NCBI GenBank assembly: GCA_964437755.1 | Contig: CAYTIA010000004.1 | Location: 11,687-75,686, forward strand | DNA length: 64,000 nucleotides | From: an uncultured Pseudomonadales bacterium | GTDB taxonomy: Bacteria; Patescibacteriota; Microgenomatia; UBA1400; PJMF01 | Reading direction: 5' to 3' | In this document: positions 59,973-64,000 of the stretch, piece after piece | Layout: each line of letters begins with the position of its first letter | How positions within the stretch are numbered: position 1 is the stretch's first letter | Notes under the pieces: generated by a model | Told to the model about the DNA's origin: nothing | What the model saw: the letters and a program-made list of their open reading frames with translations, nothing else | Database searches by the model: none | Position numbers and translations under genes: made by a program

Positions 59973-60151
59973 ATCGTGTCCTTGTTCTTCTTGATTGTTT
60001 TATATTAATGTAATCAAGAACAGCCAAAATGAGAAAAATCAGGACTTTATCTCAATCAGCTTTAATTATTAAAGTTTAAGTCTGAAAGTATACCATAAGA
60101 TAAACTCGTTAACAACATAAATAATTAAAAAAAGTATTTAAAAAATTACCT

Positions 60152-61039
60152 CTACTCTTCTCCAATAAGTTTTTTAATACGTTTAATATTCTCTAAATCT
60201 GGACCCTTATTATCAAATCCTGGAACCTCAGTGATCAATGGGATTTTTTTAATATCTAGATGATTTAAAAACTCTTTTAAATCTTGAGGAGGTATCTTGC
60301 CCTCTCCAATATTATCGTGTCGATCATTGCCCGCAGCAAACTCAACCTGACTATCATTAACATGAATGCATTTTAGAGTTTCGATAAGATTTAATCTGTT
60401 AATCTCTGTTAACAAATCAGGAGTATTATTATCTTTGCTAAAGCTAGAACTTGCTACCAAAGGATAACCAGCCGAAAAAGCATGGCAAGTATCAACACAC
60501 CATCCTACTCTCTGATCATTGAGAGTATCTATTAGCCAATGTATTTCATCAAGGTTAGAGGCAATTTTTCCTTTTTGGCCTGCTGAGTTTTCTATTAATA
60601 AGGTACTATCTAAAGGAGCCTTTTCCAATATTTCTTTTAGGGTTAAAAGCAGTTGACCTTTAACATTTTCCCAACCTTTTCCCAAATGACTTCCTAAATG
60701 AACCACCACTCCAGAACCCTTAATAAGACTGTCAAACTTTAATTCATGAATTAAAGAATTAATCGATTTTTGTTTAAGTTCATTATCTGGAGAGGCAAGA
60801 TTAATTAGATAAAGAGCATGTGTAAAGATTGATTTAAAGTCTATTTTTTTCTTTTCTGAAAACAATTTATTTAGATCATTTTCCGTTGGAAGATTGCGAC
60901 TCCAGGACCGAGGACTTCCCGAAAATATCTGCATACAGTTACAACCAATATTACTTGCTCGCTGAATTGCTTTATCTAAACCACCCGCCATTGACACATG
61001 AGCTCCAATCATCATTTTTGAATTTTTGCTTGATCCCAT
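60152..61039 (-). CDS. nfo: endonuclease IV (AP endonuclease family 2, TIM barrel)
   Basis: 295 aa. MMIGAHVSMAGGL N-terminus and metal-binding His/Asp/Glu pattern (HLGSHLGKG, ENSAGQ, CVDTCHAFSAGY). Confidence 0.75.
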   Translation of the reverse strand: MGSSKNSKMMIGAHVSMAGGLDKAIQRASNIGCNCMQIFSGSPRSWSRNLPTENDLNKLFSEKKKIDFKSIFTHALYLINLASPDNELKQKSINSLIHELKFDSLIKGSGVVVHLGSHLGKGWENVKGQLLLTLKEILEKAPLDSTLLIENSAGQKGKIASNLDEIHWLIDTLNDQRVGWCVDTCHAFSAGYPLVASSSFSKDNNTPDLLTEINRLNLIETLKCIHVNDSQVEFAAGNDRHDNIGEGKIPPQDLKEFLNHLDIKKIPLITEVPGFDNKGPDLENIKRIKKLIGEE

Positions 61040-61054
61040 TTGCTTTTATCTCTT

Positions 61055-61912
61055 TTAATTTCTATCAAAGGTATCAATTATTTCTTGGAGATCTTCAGTC
61101 AAATCTGCCTTAATAACCATCTTCTTCTGTGACGCTGGATGAGAAAAACTAATAGCCAAAGAGTGTAAAAATTGTCTAGGACACCAATACTTATCTAAAC
61201 TACTTCTTTTTTCTCCTCCATAAACAAAATCAGAAACAATTGGATGACCCATGTGGGATAGATGGACTCTTATCTGATGTGTCCTGCCTGTTTTTGGCAT
61301 ACATTCAAGTAAAGAAAAACCTTGTTGATATGAAAGTAATCTTTTTTTATTTTTTGCACCAGCCAAATCCTCTCTAACTTCAAACAAAGAGGAAAAATTT
61401 TGTGGATTAAAATACTTAAGAACTCGATAGTGTGTCGAGGCTGACCTGCCCTCGATATCAGCTCTAAATTTATGCCTATTAGTTAATGATCTAGCAATTG
61501 GAACTCTAATTACACTCGAATCAACTCTCATCTTCCCATGAACTAAACAAAGATACTTTTTGGAGGTTTTTCTTTCTTTAAACTGTTTAAGTAAGCTGAT
61601 TAATGTGCCAGGATCCTTTGCTAAAAGCAAGACCCCACTTGTATCTTTATCAAGACGATGAACTATTCCCTGTCTTTGCAGAAAAATCTCAGCTGGTGTT
61701 CCATATTTATCAGAAAAGTCATCGGTAACTAGTCCTTCCCAGTCATGATTATTTTGGGCAATTTTTATAAGTTTTTTCTCACCGCCAAGTCGCTCAACAA
61801 ACCATGACTGTATAGTGATATCAGTAACGGTTTTTGCCTGATTTACTACAACTCTCGCTGGCTTATTAACAGCCAATAAATATTTATCTTCAAAAACAAT
61901 TTGTGGATTCAT
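61055..61912 (-). CDS. RluA-family pseudouridine synthase
   Basis: 285 aa. Catalytic motif HRLDKDTSGVLLLAKD. It has no obvious N-terminal S4 domain. Confidence 0.75.
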   Translation of the reverse strand: MNPQIVFEDKYLLAVNKPARVVVNQAKTVTDITIQSWFVERLGGEKKLIKIAQNNHDWEGLVTDDFSDKYGTPAEIFLQRQGIVHRLDKDTSGVLLLAKDPGTLISLLKQFKERKTSKKYLCLVHGKMRVDSSVIRVPIARSLTNRHKFRADIEGRSASTHYRVLKYFNPQNFSSLFEVREDLAGAKNKKRLLSYQQGFSLLECMPKTGRTHQIRVHLSHMGHPIVSDFVYGGEKRSSLDKYWCPRQFLHSLAISFSHPASQKKMVIKADLTEDLQEIIDTFDRN

Positions 61913-61956
61913 TGTGACCTCTTTCCTTTATTAAAGCTTTTTGTAAATGTCTTATC

Positions 61957-62769
61957 TTATTTTTTAATCGCAAAAAATTTTTTTTCTGAAAATGAGAAGA
62001 GTTTTCTGTTCGCCCTTGACAAGAAAATATATAACGAAAATATTAATAGAAACAAATTAAAGACTGTGTCTAAAACATAATAATTAAGCATAAAAACTGG
62101 ACTTTGTAGAAAAGATATTAGTAGGGAAAAGATTGAATAAGATAAAGCAAAGCTAGCAAACACAAAACCAGTCTGGGCAGTTTTCTTTCCAGATCGATAC
62201 CATTCAAATGTTCTGTAGTGATATTCTAGCCAATTAAGAATTTTAAAAACAACCACATGGAATATTAAATAATAAAGCTGAATTGGATGTCTTTTTTCAA
62301 ATACTCCAGGAAAAATTACTCCCCAAGGCAATGAGGTTGCATTACCAAACCTGATTCCAGTTAGAAAAAAACCCAGATTAACCCAAATCAAACCCATTGT
62401 CACAGCCTGAGCCCACCAATCAAGAATTTCATATGCATCCCATTTTTGTTTTTTCGCATAAAGGTAAAGATACAGAGTTGATCCCGATAGACCAAATAGC
62501 AGTTGTGATCCTGGAAACTGGATAAGATTGAACCACTTCAATACATCCCACCCAAACCTTGACCAAGAAAAAATTACATAACCAGCCCGAGCTATAACTA
62601 AACCAAATAAAACAGATAATAGAAAACCGTCAAAAACTTTTGTTTCTTGATAATTTTCTTCTTTAGATCTCTTCCAAAAGATCATTGCTGTGACCAAAAA
62701 AGCAAACAGTTCAAAAAAACTTAGAGTACGAATTTGAAAAGATCCAATAGAAAATACTGTTTCAAACAT
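61957..62769 (-). CDS. lgt: prolipoprotein diacylglyceryl transferase
   Basis: 270 aa polytopic protein. Lgt signature region GVIFPGVFEKRHPIQLYYLIFHVVVF (compare H-P-S-Q-L-Y-E). Confidence 0.7.
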   Translation of the reverse strand: MFETVFSIGSFQIRTLSFFELFAFLVTAMIFWKRSKEENYQETKVFDGFLLSVLFGLVIARAGYVIFSWSRFGWDVLKWFNLIQFPGSQLLFGLSGSTLYLYLYAKKQKWDAYEILDWWAQAVTMGLIWVNLGFFLTGIRFGNATSLPWGVIFPGVFEKRHPIQLYYLIFHVVVFKILNWLEYHYRTFEWYRSGKKTAQTGFVFASFALSYSIFSLLISFLQSPVFMLNYYVLDTVFNLFLLIFSLYIFLSRANRKLFSFSEKKFFAIKK

Positions 62770-62798
62770 ATTTATTCAAAGGCTTTATAAAACTCTTG

Positions 62799-62882
62799 TG
62801 CCGCGGGTGAGAATCGAACTCACACAAGGAAACCCTCATGGGTTTTTGAGACCCACGCGTCTACCAATTCCGCCACCGCGGC
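62799..62882 (-). tRNA. tRNA-Leu (anticodon CAA)
   Basis: On the minus strand: acceptor GCCGCGG/CCGCGGC, 3-bp D-stem with an 11-nt loop, anticodon stem TGGGT/ACCCA with loop CTCAAAA, a long variable arm, T-arm GTGAG TTCGATT CTCAC. It is 84 nt. Confidence 0.85.
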
Positions 62883-62928
62883 AACATCAAATCATATTTT
62901 AGCAGTATCTCTTGCCTTTTTCCATAAA

Positions 62929-63195
62929 ATGAATCATAGTAAAGATATAAAAAATCTATATATGAACTACTTGCAAGATATTACTGTTAGTTTGTTTAGC
63001 GTAACTAGTATCTGGTCGGTGATATTTAGAGCATTTTTATGGATTGGAATTGCCGTTATCATTTTGGTTGCCACAGATCATCCTCGCCCAGAACAAAGCT
63101 CCAAAAATGTAAAAAACTATTTGGGTTTTTTTCTGCTTTTTATTGCATTCTCAACTAGTATGATTTTCTTGTTGTTTGGATTTAGCTCTGTATAA
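62929..63195 (+). CDS. small hydrophobic membrane protein (88 aa)
   Basis: Two or three predicted transmembrane helices (VIFRAFLWIGIAVIILVA; LGFFLLFIAFSTSMIFLLFGF). It occupies an otherwise empty gap. Confidence 0.3.
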   Translation: MNHSKDIKNLYMNYLQDITVSLFSVTSIWSVIFRAFLWIGIAVIILVATDHPRPEQSSKNVKNYLGFFLLFIAFSTSMIFLLFGFSSV

Positions 63196-63216
63196 ATCTA
63201 TAAGTATCATCAATTT

Positions 63217-64000
63217 TTACCCTACTTTACTCTCCATTCCAAAAAACTTAATTCTGTCTCCTCTAAAGAATAGGTCAACCTCTCCAAGTGGACCATTTCT
63301 ATGCTTAGCAACTCTCAGTGATACTTGTTCTCGAATATCTTCATCTTTTCGATACAAAAACATGACTACATCTGCATCTTGCTCAATAGCCCCTGACTCT
63401 CTTAAGTCAGATAGTTGCGGACGTTTCTCTCCCCTGCTCTCTACTGCACGGGATAATTGAGAAAGCGACAAAATCGGAATTCTCAACTCTCTAGCGATAT
63501 TCTTTAGCCCTTGGGATATTTCCGAAACTTCTTGAACACGATTATCCACTGTTTTGCCATGAGCTAACTGCAAATAGTCAACCACAATTAAATCTATGTC
63601 ATGCTCTGACATTAATCTTCTGGCTTTAGTCCTCATCTCATAAATACTTAAACCTGGAGTATCGTCAATATACAATGAAGCATCTGCTAAAACTCCCATA
63701 GCATCAGATATCTTAAGAAAGTCTTGTTGATTTAAGCGACCTGTTTTTAGCTTCCAGGCATCTATATCTGCTTGAGCAACCAATAATCTATCAACCAACT
63801 CTTCTTTACTCATTTCCAACGAAAAAAAACCAACCTTCTTCTTGTACTTAACCGTAATATTTTGTGTGATATTAAGAGCAAAAGCAGTTTTACCCATTCC
63901 TGGTCTTGCAGCTAAAATAATCAAGTTGGATTTTTGCATTCCAGCCAATAAGTTGTCTAGATCTTGAAAACCAGAAGGTACTCCTCTTAAATCACCTTGA
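63217..64000 (-). CDS. dnaB: replicative DNA helicase DnaB, C-terminal RecA-like domain (gene continues beyond window end)
   Basis: GDLRGVPSGFQDLDNLLAGMQKSNLIILAARPGMGKTAF (Walker A), ...IDLIVVDYLQL..., C-terminal RNGPLGEVDLFF. The reading frame stays open to position 64000. Confidence 0.85.
   Translation of the reverse strand, partial: QGDLRGVPSGFQDLDNLLAGMQKSNLIILAARPGMGKTAFALNITQNITVKYKKKVGFFSLEMSKEELVDRLLVAQADIDAWKLKTGRLNQQDFLKISDAMGVLADASLYIDDTPGLSIYEMRTKARRLMSEHDIDLIVVDYLQLAHGKTVDNRVQEVSEISQGLKNIARELRIPILSLSQLSRAVESRGEKRPQLSDLRESGAIEQDADVVMFLYRKDEDIREQVSLRVAKHRNGPLGEVDLFFRGDRIKFFGMESKVG

Noticed and set aside
59973-60151. An imperfect hairpin (cttgatt...aatcaag within gttcttcttgatt/aatcaagaac) between nfo and rpsB. 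It could be an S2 autoregulatory leader structure or an nfo terminator.
   Set aside because: The stem is AT-rich with a bulge. It is not followed by a U-tract on the relevant strand. It is too weak to call without conservation data.

Overview
This is an AT-rich window from a compact bacterial chromosome. Genes are tightly packed, with frequent 1-4 nt overlaps between adjacent genes (TAATG/ATGA junctions). Six-frame inspection shows about 60 protein genes, 3 tRNAs (Val-GAC, Ala-GGC, Leu-CAA), no rRNA and no CRISPR array. Recognisable housekeeping genes are tpiA (partial), uvrD/pcrA, a FemAB-family peptidyltransferase, pyrH, gap, a trigger factor lacking the PPIase domain, infC-rpmI-rplT, pheST, tyrS, recG, a PBP1A, rpmF-nusB-rnc-rpsP-KH, holB-gyrB-ppaC-gyrA, a single xer tyrosine recombinase, a short yebC, tsf-rpsB, nfo, an RluA-family synthase, lgt and dnaB (partial). 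The accessory part of the window is a complete monoderm type IV pilus (T4P) system with no secretin, split in two. The first part is pilX-like/pilM/pilN/pilO at 23-26 kb. The second is pilB-pilT-pilC, a major pilin, pilD and six further prepilin-like genes at 35.4-45.6 kb. Next to the second part lie two large surface proteins of 739 aa and 1450 aa; the 1450-aa one is Cys-rich and CBM-like. These features suggest, but do not prove, a reduced Gram-positive-type or CPR/Patescibacteria-like organism, possibly Saccharibacteria-like: a pilus with pilT and no pilQ, domain-truncated housekeeping proteins (trigger factor without PPIase, short YebC, short EF-Ts, short PheT), FemAB, an LCP protein and a family II pyrophosphatase. 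I rank five observations highest. (1) Two minor pilins carry a C-terminal Pro/Thr linker plus a shared 6-Cys module. (2) A 1450-aa Cys-rich CBM-containing protein is co-oriented with a pseudopilin. (3) A dif-like imperfect palindrome lies inside a 1.5 kb ORF-free AT-rich region next to the sole xer gene, at a point where gene orientation converges. (4) A Rad50/Mre11-type SbcCD-like pair has two transmembrane helices in the ATPase. (5) An O-antigen-ligase (Wzy_C) family membrane protein is wedged between pheT and PBP1A.
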